Part shown: piece after piece, positions 47,741 to 55,134 of the stretch | Numbering within the stretch: the stretch's first letter is position 1 | Layout of the letters: each line of letters opens with the position of its first letter | From: Tissierellia bacterium | Lineage (GTDB): Bacteria; Bacillota; Clostridia; Tissierellales; Tepidimicrobiaceae | Length of the DNA stretch: 55,134 nt | Assembly (NCBI GenBank): GCA_012518745.1 | Contig: JAAYRM010000200.1 | Location: forward strand, 1 to 55,134 | Direction of reading: 5' to 3' | Made by a program: the position numbers and the translations under genes | Notes under the pieces: model-generated | Told to the model about the DNA's origin: nothing | The model's database searches: none | The model's input: only the letters and a program-made list of their open reading frames with translations

Positions 47741-48639
47741 TGGATATGAATGGAATTCTCAATGTATTTAAGCCTAAGGGCATAACTTCCCACGATGTGG
47801 TAGATATAGCAAGACGAATATTTGGAATCAAAAGAATTGGACATACTGGAACCTTAGATCCAAATGCAACAGGGGTATTGGTGCTCTGCATAGGAAGGGC
47901 TACGAGGATAAGTGAATACCTATTAGATCTAGACAAAGAATATGTTGGCGAGATACGCCTTGGATTAGCAACGGATACACAGGATGAATTGGGCAAGGTG
48001 CTAAGTCGATCATCCAAGAGGGTTAGCATTGATGAAATTTATAGGGCTTTCGATAGCTTCAAGGGGAAAATTGATCAGGTGCCTCCTATGTATTCTGCAT
48101 TAAAGCATAGGGGGAAAAAACTATATGAAATAGCCAGGAAAGGTGGCACAATTGAAAGAAAACCCAGGGAAGTAGAAATATATGAATTAAAGGTATTGAA
48201 TATAATAGAAGCAGAGAAGATCATATTTTATACTAGATGTTCCAAGGGTACTTACATAAGAACATTATGTGACGATATAGGGGAGTTTCTAGGTACATAT
48301 GGATATATGAGCTATTTGATGAGAACGGGGGTAGGTAATTTTCAAATAGCCGAGAGCCATAGTTTAGAATATCTAATGGATCTAGATAAAAGGGAACTTA
48401 AAAAAACCGTTCATCCCATGGATACAGGATTGACTCATTTAAATGCTATTAGAATAGATGATGGTTTTTATCGTAGATTAGTTAATGGTGCTATCATATA
48501 TTTACAAGAACAGGATGCCAAGGATTACGATATAAATATACCATTGAGGGTATATTGTAATGGTAGCTTTATTGGAATTGGACGAATACTCGAAGAAAAT
48601 ATGAAATCTTATTTAAAAATGGATAAAGTCCTTATATAG
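47740..48639 (+). CDS. truB: tRNA pseudouridine-55 synthase
   Basis: GILNVFKPKGITSHDVV and GHTGTLDPNATGVL (catalytic Asp) motifs. Confidence 0.93.
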   Translation: MDMNGILNVFKPKGITSHDVVDIARRIFGIKRIGHTGTLDPNATGVLVLCIGRATRISEYLLDLDKEYVGEIRLGLATDTQDELGKVLSRSSKRVSIDEIYRAFDSFKGKIDQVPPMYSALKHRGKKLYEIARKGGTIERKPREVEIYELKVLNIIEAEKIIFYTRCSKGTYIRTLCDDIGEFLGTYGYMSYLMRTGVGNFQIAESHSLEYLMDLDKRELKKTVHPMDTGLTHLNAIRIDDGFYRRLVNGAIIYLQEQDAKDYDINIPLRVYCNGSFIGIGRILEENMKSYLKMDKVLI

Positions 48640-48649
48640 GGTGATACAT

Positions 48650-49603
48650 ATGAAGATTATAGATTTGAATAATTATACGGAACGAAAATATAAGACCGCA
48701 GTAGCATTAGGAAACTTCGATGGAATCCATAAGGGACACAAACACCTGATAACCAATATGGTTCGAAGTGCTAAAAGAAGGAATCTTAGGAGCTCAATCC
48801 TGCTATTTAAAAATCATACCAGGGATATACTGGGGAACAATAATATAGAGAAGTTCAACATCTTAACCTCCAATGAGCAGAAGCTTAAAATTATCGAGGG
48901 GTTAGGTGTAGATATTGTATATACGATGAAATTTGATAGGAATATAATGAGATTAACTGGCAAGGAATTTATTGAGGATATAATTATTGATAAACTAAAC
49001 TCACAATTTATAACCGTAGGATTTGATTATAAATTTGGGTATAAGGCCTCGGGGGATAGTAGCTATCTTAAACAGATTGGATTGCAGAAGGGATTATCTA
49101 TTGATATTATAGAACCAATAATCGCGGATGGTGAAGTTATCAGTAGTACGACAATACGAGGATTGATCAGGGATGGCAATATAAGAAAGGCAAATCGGTT
49201 TCTAGGTCGCAACTATATGATAGAGGGAAGGGTGATAGCTGGACAAAATAGAGGTACGGGCCTTGGATTTCCTACGGCTAATATGAAATTAAGCTATAAT
49301 TATGTGATACCGAAGTCGGGAGTCTATAAGACATATGCGATCATTGGGGGCAGAGGTTACCCCTGCATTACCAGTATAGGCGCCAATCCCACGTTTGATG
49401 ATGACGAATTCAAAATAGAAACTCATATATTAGATTTTGATCAATATATATACGATGAAGGAATTCAGGTAGAACTGATCGATTTTATTAGGGAAAATAT
49501 AAGATTTAATACAGTTGAAGATCTAAAAAGGCAGATAGAGCATGATATTGAGTCCATTTCACAGGTGGCATACAAAAACATTGATAATATCGAGGAAGTA
49601 TGA
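48650..49603 (+). CDS. ribF: bifunctional riboflavin kinase / FAD synthetase
   Basis: ALGNFDGIHKGH, SSTTIR, and the kinase domain GRNYMIEGRVIAGQNRGTGLGFPTAN ... ETHILDF. Confidence 0.92.
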   Translation: MKIIDLNNYTERKYKTAVALGNFDGIHKGHKHLITNMVRSAKRRNLRSSILLFKNHTRDILGNNNIEKFNILTSNEQKLKIIEGLGVDIVYTMKFDRNIMRLTGKEFIEDIIIDKLNSQFITVGFDYKFGYKASGDSSYLKQIGLQKGLSIDIIEPIIADGEVISSTTIRGLIRDGNIRKANRFLGRNYMIEGRVIAGQNRGTGLGFPTANMKLSYNYVIPKSGVYKTYAIIGGRGYPCITSIGANPTFDDDEFKIETHILDFDQYIYDEGIQVELIDFIRENIRFNTVEDLKRQIEHDIESISQVAYKNIDNIEEV

Positions 49604-49622
49604 TATTGTCAATATGAAACTA

Positions 49623-49669
49623 CCGTCGGCTATGTTCATCGTTTCCTCGGCGATTTACTTAGCTGATGG
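49623..49669 (+). promoter_or_regulatory. candidate structured 5' leader of rpsO
   Basis: CCGTCGGC (49623-49630) can pair with GCTGATGG (49662-49669) in 8 bp that include two G-U pairs. This helix encloses a small inner hairpin (ATCG/CGAT). Confidence 0.25.
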
Positions 49670-49699
49670 CGAATTGATTATAATGAGGAGGATGTTTAA

Positions 49700-49969
49700 A
49701 TGACTTTAAGCAAGGAACAGAAGTTTCAAATTATCGATGAATACAAGATACACGAAGGGGATACAGGATCGCCGGAGGTGCAGATCGCTATATTAACCCA
49801 TCGAATCAATTACTTGACCGATCATCTCAAGACACATAAAAAGGATCATCATTCCAGAAGGGGTCTATTTAAGATGATAGGCCAAAGAAGAGGATTATTG
49901 AGATATTTAGAAAACAAGGATATTGGGAGATATAGGGTTCTAATCGAAAAACTTGGACTCAGGGGCTAA
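49700..49969 (+). CDS. rpsO: 30S ribosomal protein S15
   Basis: 89 aa with [37 protein letters not shown]. Confidence 0.95.
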   Translation: MTLSKEQKFQIIDEYKIHEGDTGSPEVQIAILTHRINYLTDHLKTHKKDHHSRRGLFKMIGQRRGLLRYLENKDIGRYRVLIEKLGLRG

Positions 49970-49971
49970 TA

Positions 49972-50003
49972 AGAGCGGGGATATTTCCCGCTCTATTAAT
50001 TTA
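49972..50003 (+). terminator. intrinsic terminator after rpsO
   Basis: AGAGCGGGGA and TTCCCGCTCT form a 10-bp stem (49972-49981 with 49985-49994). ATTAATTTATT follows. Confidence 0.7.
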
Positions 50004-50076
50004 TTAAATGGTTTTATTTATTGAACAGATGATGACAATACTATTATGGGCATTACTATATAAGAGGAGGTAGGAC

Positions 50077-52197
50077 ATGGAAAAGAAATACGAATATGAT
50101 TTGGATGGGAAACCGATCTATGTTACCGCGGGGAAGGTAGCAGAGCAGGCCGGAGGGTCCTGTTTGATACAATATGGGGATACAGTTGTATTGGTAACCG
50201 CTACAGCATCTAAGGAACCAAGGGAGGGAATAGACTTTTTTCCCCTAAGCGTTGATTTTGAGGAAAGGCTATACTCGGTTGGAAAGATACCGGGAGGGTT
50301 TATCAAGAGGGAGGGCAGACCTAGCGAAAAGGCTATATTAACCGCCAGATTAATAGATAGACCTATAAGGCCGCTATTCCCCGATGGATATAGAAATGAT
50401 GTACAGATTATAGCGACTGTACTATCGGTAGATCAGAACTATACACCTGATATAGTGGCGATGATAGGATCATCTATATCATTATCTATATCTGACATCC
50501 CATTTCAAGGGCCTACAGCTGCTGTTTTGGTAGGATTGGTAGATGGCGATTTTGTTATAAATCCGGATTGTGAGCAGCGGGAAAAATCGGATCTGCATTT
50601 GGTGGTGGCTGGAACTGAGGATGCTATCACGATGGTAGAGGCTGAGGCTAATGAGGTTGGTGAAGACAAGGTACTAGAGGGAATATTGTTCGCCCATGAT
50701 TATATAAAGGGGCTATGCAGCTTTATAAATAATATTTCGAAGGATATAGGGAAACCCAAACAGGAATACATGGTATTCAAACCGGATACAGAGCTAGAAG
50801 GAGCCGTAAGGGAATTTGCAACTGAAGGTCTGGTGACGGCAATACAAACTATTGATAAACAGGAGCGAGAGGAAAATATTCAGAGCATAAAAGAAGAAAC
50901 ACTAGAAAACTTTGCGGAGGAGTATCCGGAACAGCAGGGTGATATTGAAGAAGTAGTAGATGCTATAATCAAAGAGGAAGTTAGGGAATTGATTTTAAAG
51001 AAAGGTATAAGGCCCGACAATAGGAAGATGGATGAAATACGGCCTATAAGCTGTGATATAGCATTGCTTCCTAGGGCGCATGGTTCAGCCCTATTTACTA
51101 GGGGGCAGACACAGGTATTGACTGTGGCAACGCTAGGAGCATCTAGCGATGTTCAAATTATAGATGGGATAACTGAAGATGAATTTAAAAGGTATATGCA
51201 TCATTATAATTTCCCCCCATATAGTGTAGGGGATACTAGGTTTATGAGGGGGCCAGGTAGGCGTGAAATAGGGCATGGTGCGTTGGCCGAAAGAGCGCTT
51301 GAACCAGTTCTACCGTCAGAAGAGGAGTTCCCATATACTATAAGATTGGTATCCGAAGTGTTGAGTTCTAATGGCTCCAGCTCACAGGCAAGCGTATGTG
51401 GCAGCACCTTGGCATTATTAGATGCAGGTGTACCCATAAAATCTCCAGTGGCGGGAATAGCAATGGGTCTTATAAAATCCGGGGATAAGACAGTTATATT
51501 AACAGATATCCTCGGTATGGAAGATCATCTCGGGGATATGGATCTAAAGGTGGCCGGTACCAGAAAGGGTATAACGGCAATTCAAATGGATATTAAAATA
51601 TCGGGGATTGATAGACCTATACTTAAGGAAGCATTAAGTAGAGCTAGGGAAGATAGGCTAGCTATATTGGATAAGATGAATGAGGCTATATCCAGCCCAA
51701 GAAAAGAATTATCACCCTATGCTCCAAGAATATTTACAATGCAGGTAGAAACGGATAAGATAAGGGATATCATAGGACCAGGTGGCAAGATGATCAATAA
51801 GATAATAGATGAAACAGGTGTAAAGATAGATATAGATGACGATGGCAAGGTATCGATTGCCGCTGAAAGTTCTGAAAGTGGACAAAAGGCTATGGAACTA
51901 ATTGAACAGATAACGAAAGATGTAGAGATCGGTGATATCTATATGGGCAGGGTAGTAAGGGTAGTAAATTTTGGAGCATTTGTTGAAATCATCAATGGCA
52001 AAGAGGGTTTAGTGCATATTTCGAATATCGCCCATGAAAGGATAGGTAAAGTAGGGGATGTGCTGTCCGTAGGCGATGAGGTGATGGTGAAAGTTATAGA
52101 TATAGATGATCAAGATAGAATCAACCTATCTAGAAAGGCAGTTTTACCCAAGAAGGAAAAATCTAATAACAAGAACAGTAGAAGAGAGGATAGGTAA
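50077..52197 (+). CDS. pnp: polynucleotide phosphorylase
   Basis: 706 aa with two RNase PH domains, a KH domain ([16 protein letters not shown]) and an S1 domain ([15 protein letters not shown]). Confidence 0.97.
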   Translation: MEKKYEYDLDGKPIYVTAGKVAEQAGGSCLIQYGDTVVLVTATASKEPREGIDFFPLSVDFEERLYSVGKIPGGFIKREGRPSEKAILTARLIDRPIRPLFPDGYRNDVQIIATVLSVDQNYTPDIVAMIGSSISLSISDIPFQGPTAAVLVGLVDGDFVINPDCEQREKSDLHLVVAGTEDAITMVEAEANEVGEDKVLEGILFAHDYIKGLCSFINNISKDIGKPKQEYMVFKPDTELEGAVREFATEGLVTAIQTIDKQEREENIQSIKEETLENFAEEYPEQQGDIEEVVDAIIKEEVRELILKKGIRPDNRKMDEIRPISCDIALLPRAHGSALFTRGQTQVLTVATLGASSDVQIIDGITEDEFKRYMHHYNFPPYSVGDTRFMRGPGRREIGHGALAERALEPVLPSEEEFPYTIRLVSEVLSSNGSSSQASVCGSTLALLDAGVPIKSPVAGIAMGLIKSGDKTVILTDILGMEDHLGDMDLKVAGTRKGITAIQMDIKISGIDRPILKEALSRAREDRLAILDKMNEAISSPRKELSPYAPRIFTMQVETDKIRDIIGPGGKMINKIIDETGVKIDIDDDGKVSIAAESSESGQKAMELIEQITKDVEIGDIYMGRVVRVVNFGAFVEIINGKEGLVHISNIAHERIGKVGDVLSVGDEVMVKVIDIDDQDRINLSRKAVLPKKEKSNNKNSRREDR

Positions 52198-52200
52198 TGG

Positions 52201-52233
52201 AAAACATGAACCCGATAAGGTTCATGTTTTTTT
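52201..52233 (+). terminator. strong intrinsic terminator after pnp
   Basis: AAAACATGAAC (52201-52211) pairs with GTTCATGTTTT (52220-52230). The T-run continues to 52233. Confidence 0.9.
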
Positions 52234-52279
52234 ACGTAAAATTTGAAATATAATATATTTACCGTTCGCCCGAATATAC

Positions 52280-52294
52280 ATATATATATATATA
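52280..52294. repeat. (AT)7 dinucleotide run upstream of the deacetylase gene
   Basis: ATATATATATATATA at 52280-52294, about 20 nt before the RBS. Confidence 0.8.
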
Positions 52295-52315
52295 GATGAT
52301 ATTTGGGGGGATAGA

Positions 52316-53023
52316 ATGAAACTATTCATTATAAACAAGAAGGGGATATATATGCTATTGATTGCGATATTAATTATTATCTCGATCATTATATATATAT
52401 CCATCTATAACAAAATAGATGAAACCTTTAGAACCGATGTCTACTATAAGGGGAATATAGATAAAAAGGTGGTTACCTTTGCTTGCAACGTGGATTGGGG
52501 TGATGAACATATCCCATCTATGTTGCAATTGTTTAAGAAATATGATGTGAGGATAACCTATTTTGTGACCGGCAGATGGGCAGAAAAAAGTCCGGAATTG
52601 TTAAAGGCCATGTATGATCATGGCCATGAAATTGGGAATCACGGATATAGACATGTAGATTATGATCAGCTGGGCTATGAGCAGAACAAAGAAGAGATTA
52701 TCAAAGCCCATAATGCTATAAAAAACATCTTAGAAATCCAACCCAATTATTTTGCACCTCCATCTGGTGCATATAATGATAATACAGTCAAGGCCGCAAA
52801 GGATTTAAATTATGATATAATAATGTGGAGTATCGATACTATAGATTGGCGGCAAGATGCAACAAGGGATATAATAATAGATAGGGTGATAAACAAACTA
52901 CATAATTCTGCTATTATATTGATGCATCCCACGCAGGAGACCGTAAGGGCTTTGCCAGAATTAATCGAATACCTATTTGCCGAAAATTATAAAATTACAA
53001 CTGTGGGCAATTTGATGGAATAA
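52316..53023 (+). CDS. polysaccharide deacetylase (NodB-type), PdaB/YlxY-like sporulation-associated
   Basis: N-terminal TM, a NodB motif variant FACNVDWGD, and HGHEIGNHGYRH. It follows pnp, as ylxY does in B. subtilis. Confidence 0.8.
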   Translation: MKLFIINKKGIYMLLIAILIIISIIIYISIYNKIDETFRTDVYYKGNIDKKVVTFACNVDWGDEHIPSMLQLFKKYDVRITYFVTGRWAEKSPELLKAMYDHGHEIGNHGYRHVDYDQLGYEQNKEEIIKAHNAIKNILEIQPNYFAPPSGAYNDNTVKAAKDLNYDIIMWSIDTIDWRQDATRDIIIDRVINKLHNSAIILMHPTQETVRALPELIEYLFAENYKITTVGNLME

Positions 53024-53064
53024 GATATATCATAGGATAGATATCAAACGATGGGGTGAAAAGG

Positions 53065-53496
53065 ATGATGATAAAGGTAGTGAATAATAGTTCATTTGCT
53101 CTTCCAAGCCCTAAAACATCCGGGGCATCTGGTTTAGATCTGCGCGCGAATATCGATCAGGCTATCGTATTGAAGCCGCTGGAAAGGGTATTGATTCCAA
53201 CTGGTCTGCGCATAGCCATACCTGATGGTCATGAAGGCCAGGTCAGGGCAAGAAGTGGACTAGCCCTAAAGCATGGAATAACCCTAGCTAATGGATTGGG
53301 CACTATAGACAGTGATTATAGAGGGGAGATAGGGGTTATATTGATCAATCTAGGGGAAGAAGATTATATAATAGATAGAGGAGACAGAATAGCCCAGTTG
53401 ATCATTATAAGGTATGAGACGATACAATTGAAGCAAGTAGAATATCTAGATGAAACGGAAAGAGGAGATGGAGGATTTGGGCATACTGGTTATTGA
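53065..53496 (+). CDS. dut: dUTP diphosphatase
   Basis: SGASGLDL, ARSGLALKHGI, GTIDSDYRGE and C-terminal RGDGGFGHTG motifs. Confidence 0.93.
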   Translation: MMIKVVNNSSFALPSPKTSGASGLDLRANIDQAIVLKPLERVLIPTGLRIAIPDGHEGQVRARSGLALKHGITLANGLGTIDSDYRGEIGVILINLGEEDYIIDRGDRIAQLIIIRYETIQLKQVEYLDETERGDGGFGHTGY

Positions 53497-53597
53497 TTAT
53501 ATATAATATCACATAAGATGTTATCATAACTGATAATGAATATATTATTCTATTCCACATAATATTTAACAAGGGATTATGATTGGGAGGGAATAAT

Positions 53598-53831
53598 ATG
53601 ATGCTTAATGATCTAGGTGGAAAGGAATTGGTAAACTTAAATAATGGGGAGAGGCTTGGTATTATCGCCGATTGCGATATCATTATCGATGCAAAGAGTG
53701 GAAAACTTTTAACTCTATTAGTTCCCGAGCAAAAAATTCAGTTCAATATATTTGGGCAAAGTGGATACAAGGAAATACCATGGGGCTCTATAAAAAAAAT
53801 AGGAAACGATATGGTTATAGTCGAAATATAA
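53598..53831 (+). CDS. YlmC/YmxH-family (PRC-barrel) sporulation protein
   Basis: LNDLGGKELVNLNNGERLGIIADCDIIIDAKSGKLLTLLVP ... IPWGSIKKIGNDMVIV. A GGGAGGG RBS precedes ATG 53598. Confidence 0.75.
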   Translation: MMLNDLGGKELVNLNNGERLGIIADCDIIIDAKSGKLLTLLVPEQKIQFNIFGQSGYKEIPWGSIKKIGNDMVIVEI

Positions 53832-53889
53832 ACATATCCATATCAAACGTATAATATACTATCGATAAAATATTTAGGGGTGAAGGCCA

Positions 53890-55110
53890 ATGAAAATAAT
53901 AGTTCAAAAATTTGGGGGAACTTCCGTATCTTCCAAAGAGGGTAGAGAGATGGTAGCAAGCAGGATCATTGAAAGGTATAAGGATGGATATAATGTAGTC
54001 GTTGTGGTGTCTGCAATGGGACGTAAGGGGGATCCCTATGCTACCGATACTCTTCAGGATCTGGTAGATCGTGAGACGGTGGGCGATAAGGAAATGGATC
54101 TACTTATGTCATGTGGTGAAATCATATCATCTGTAGTAATAGCGGGGCATCTAGCCGAAAAGGGGTATGAACCCGCAGTTTTAACTGGCCAACAGGCTGG
54201 TATTTTAACCAATGATAAGTTTAGGGATGCTCAAATTATCGATATAAAACCTAAGAATATCCTTAAACATTTAAATGATAATAAAATAGTTATAGTGCCT
54301 GGTTTTCAGGGATATAATCAGAAGGGTGAGGTTACAACATTGGGTCGGGGGGGAAGCGATATTTCAGCAGTGGCCATAGGCAAGGCGCTAAATTCTAACT
54401 ATGTAGAGATATTTACAGACGTCGATGGAATAATGACGGCGGATCCTACTATAGTGCCCAATGCGAGGGTATTGGAAAAAATGAGTTATTCCGAAGTATA
54501 TCAATTGGCGGAGGATGGTGCAAAAGTCATTCATCCAAGGGCGGTGGATCTGGCGCGTCAATTTAATATTCCCATAGTCATAAAGAATACCTTTGGGGAT
54601 AATAAAGGAACCTCTATTGAAGGTCTAACTGGAAGCTTTATCGATAATGAGAAAAGATTGCTCAATAATCGCATAATTACAGCTATAACATACAAAAAAG
54701 GCAGAGTTCAAATCAGCATACCCTTAGATGAAGTCAAAGATAGGGAAAGCATAGATAGTCTAATGCATGATATAGCCTTGCATCGTATCAGCTTAGATTT
54801 AATTACATTCTTGGTGGATCATAAGATCTTTACGGTAGGCAAGGACGATAAGGAGAAACTCATGCATATCTTGGATGCAAAGGGACTGGAATATAAAATA
54901 GTCGATAATTGTTGCAAGATTAGCACAATAGGTTATAGGATGCAAGGTGTTCCCGGGGTCATGACTAGAATTGTGAGGGCACTATCCAAGGAGAATATCA
55001 AAATTCTTCAAAGCTCAGATTCCCATAATACAATCTGGTGTCTAATTGAAGAGGAAAATACTAATAAGGCACTCGCGGCCCTTCATGAGGAGTTCAAATT
55101 GCATATGTAA
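53890..55110 (+). CDS. dapG: aspartate kinase (DapG-type, monofunctional with ACT domains)
   Basis: IIVQKFGGTSV, VVVVSAMG, LGRGGSD and two C-terminal ACT-like repeats. It follows the ymxH-like gene, matching the B. subtilis neighbourhood. Confidence 0.88.
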   Translation: MKIIVQKFGGTSVSSKEGREMVASRIIERYKDGYNVVVVVSAMGRKGDPYATDTLQDLVDRETVGDKEMDLLMSCGEIISSVVIAGHLAEKGYEPAVLTGQQAGILTNDKFRDAQIIDIKPKNILKHLNDNKIVIVPGFQGYNQKGEVTTLGRGGSDISAVAIGKALNSNYVEIFTDVDGIMTADPTIVPNARVLEKMSYSEVYQLAEDGAKVIHPRAVDLARQFNIPIVIKNTFGDNKGTSIEGLTGSFIDNEKRLLNNRIITAITYKKGRVQISIPLDEVKDRESIDSLMHDIALHRISLDLITFLVDHKIFTVGKDDKEKLMHILDAKGLEYKIVDNCCKISTIGYRMQGVPGVMTRIVRALSKENIKILQSSDSHNTIWCLIEEENTNKALAALHEEFKLHM

Positions 55111-55134
55111 CCTGTAAGCATAATTTAAAGGTTG

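Noticed and set aside
52280-52294. The (AT)7 run upstream of the deacetylase gene, considered as a phase-variable simple sequence repeat.
   Set aside because: It is short, lies in very A/T-rich DNA, and does not sit between recognisable -35 and -10 elements. It is recorded only as a low-complexity repeat.
53520-53537. A weak A/T-rich hairpin (GTTATCA/TGATAAT) after dut, considered as a terminator.
   Set aside because: The stem is only 6-7 bp, is mostly A-T, and has no U-tract. The evidence is insufficient.
53531-53570. A forespore-type (SigF/SigG-like) promoter upstream of the ymxH-like gene: TGAATA ... CATAATA.
   Set aside because: The spacer between the elements is about 15 nt and does not clearly fit the SigG spacing I recall. 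The sequence context is extremely A/T-rich. I cannot support it without transcript data.
53832-53889. A lysine riboswitch (L-box) or other leader upstream of the aspartokinase gene.
   Set aside because: The spacer is only 58 nt, far too short for an L-box, and no conserved riboswitch helices are visible.
1-55134. A search for mobile elements, CRISPR arrays, defence systems, toxin-antitoxin pairs, rRNA/tRNA genes or compositionally foreign islands.
   Set aside because: No transposase, integrase, recombinase, reverse transcriptase or nuclease-like ORFs were found. There are no spaced direct-repeat arrays and no tRNA-like cloverleaf candidates in the short spacers. Gene order follows conserved Firmicute core synteny throughout.

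Overview
This AT-rich window looks like conserved core chromosome of a motile, spore-forming low-GC Firmicute (Clostridia/Bacilli-type organisation). Every credible gene lies on the + strand. Positions 1-31.3 kb hold one large fla/che-type flagellar and chemotaxis operon: flgB-flgC-fliE-fliF-fliG-fliH-fliI-fliJ, a ylxF-position gene, fliK-flgD, a flagellar operon protein, flgE-flbD-motA-motB-fliL-fliM-fliY-cheY-fliO/Z-fliP-fliQ-fliR-flhB-flhA-flhF-flhG, a PilZ gene, cheB-cheA-cheW-cheC-cheD-sigD, a DUF342/FapA-like gene and two small unknown genes. Positions 31.3-55.1 kb hold the housekeeping blocks that follow this operon in B. subtilis. These are rpsB-tsf-pyrH-frr-uppS-cdsA-rseP-ispG-polC, rimP-nusA-ylxR-infB-rbfA-nrnA-truB-ribF, rpsO-pnp, and a sporulation-linked tail (polysaccharide deacetylase, dut, ymxH-like, dapG-type aspartokinase). 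Several intrinsic terminators and hairpins punctuate the housekeeping part. I see no mobile elements, CRISPR arrays, rRNA/tRNA genes, defence-like genes or obvious horizontally acquired islands. I could not support a clearly new multi-gene system, so the region is mostly ordinary. The points most worth a second look are these: an in-frame TAA at codon 35 of the normally essential nusA, at a position I recall as a conserved Tyr; a CheB methylesterase with no receiver domain; a FlhB whose autocleavage motif reads NPTS instead of NPTH; an oversized (408 aa) multi-repeat protein at the ylxF position; two uncharacterised small proteins after sigD/FapA; a perfect 13-bp tandem duplication just upstream of flgB; a perfect 14-bp hairpin after flgE; and the absence of dxr from its usual cdsA-rseP slot. 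All family assignments come from reading the translated ORFs for motifs and from gene order. No database search was run.
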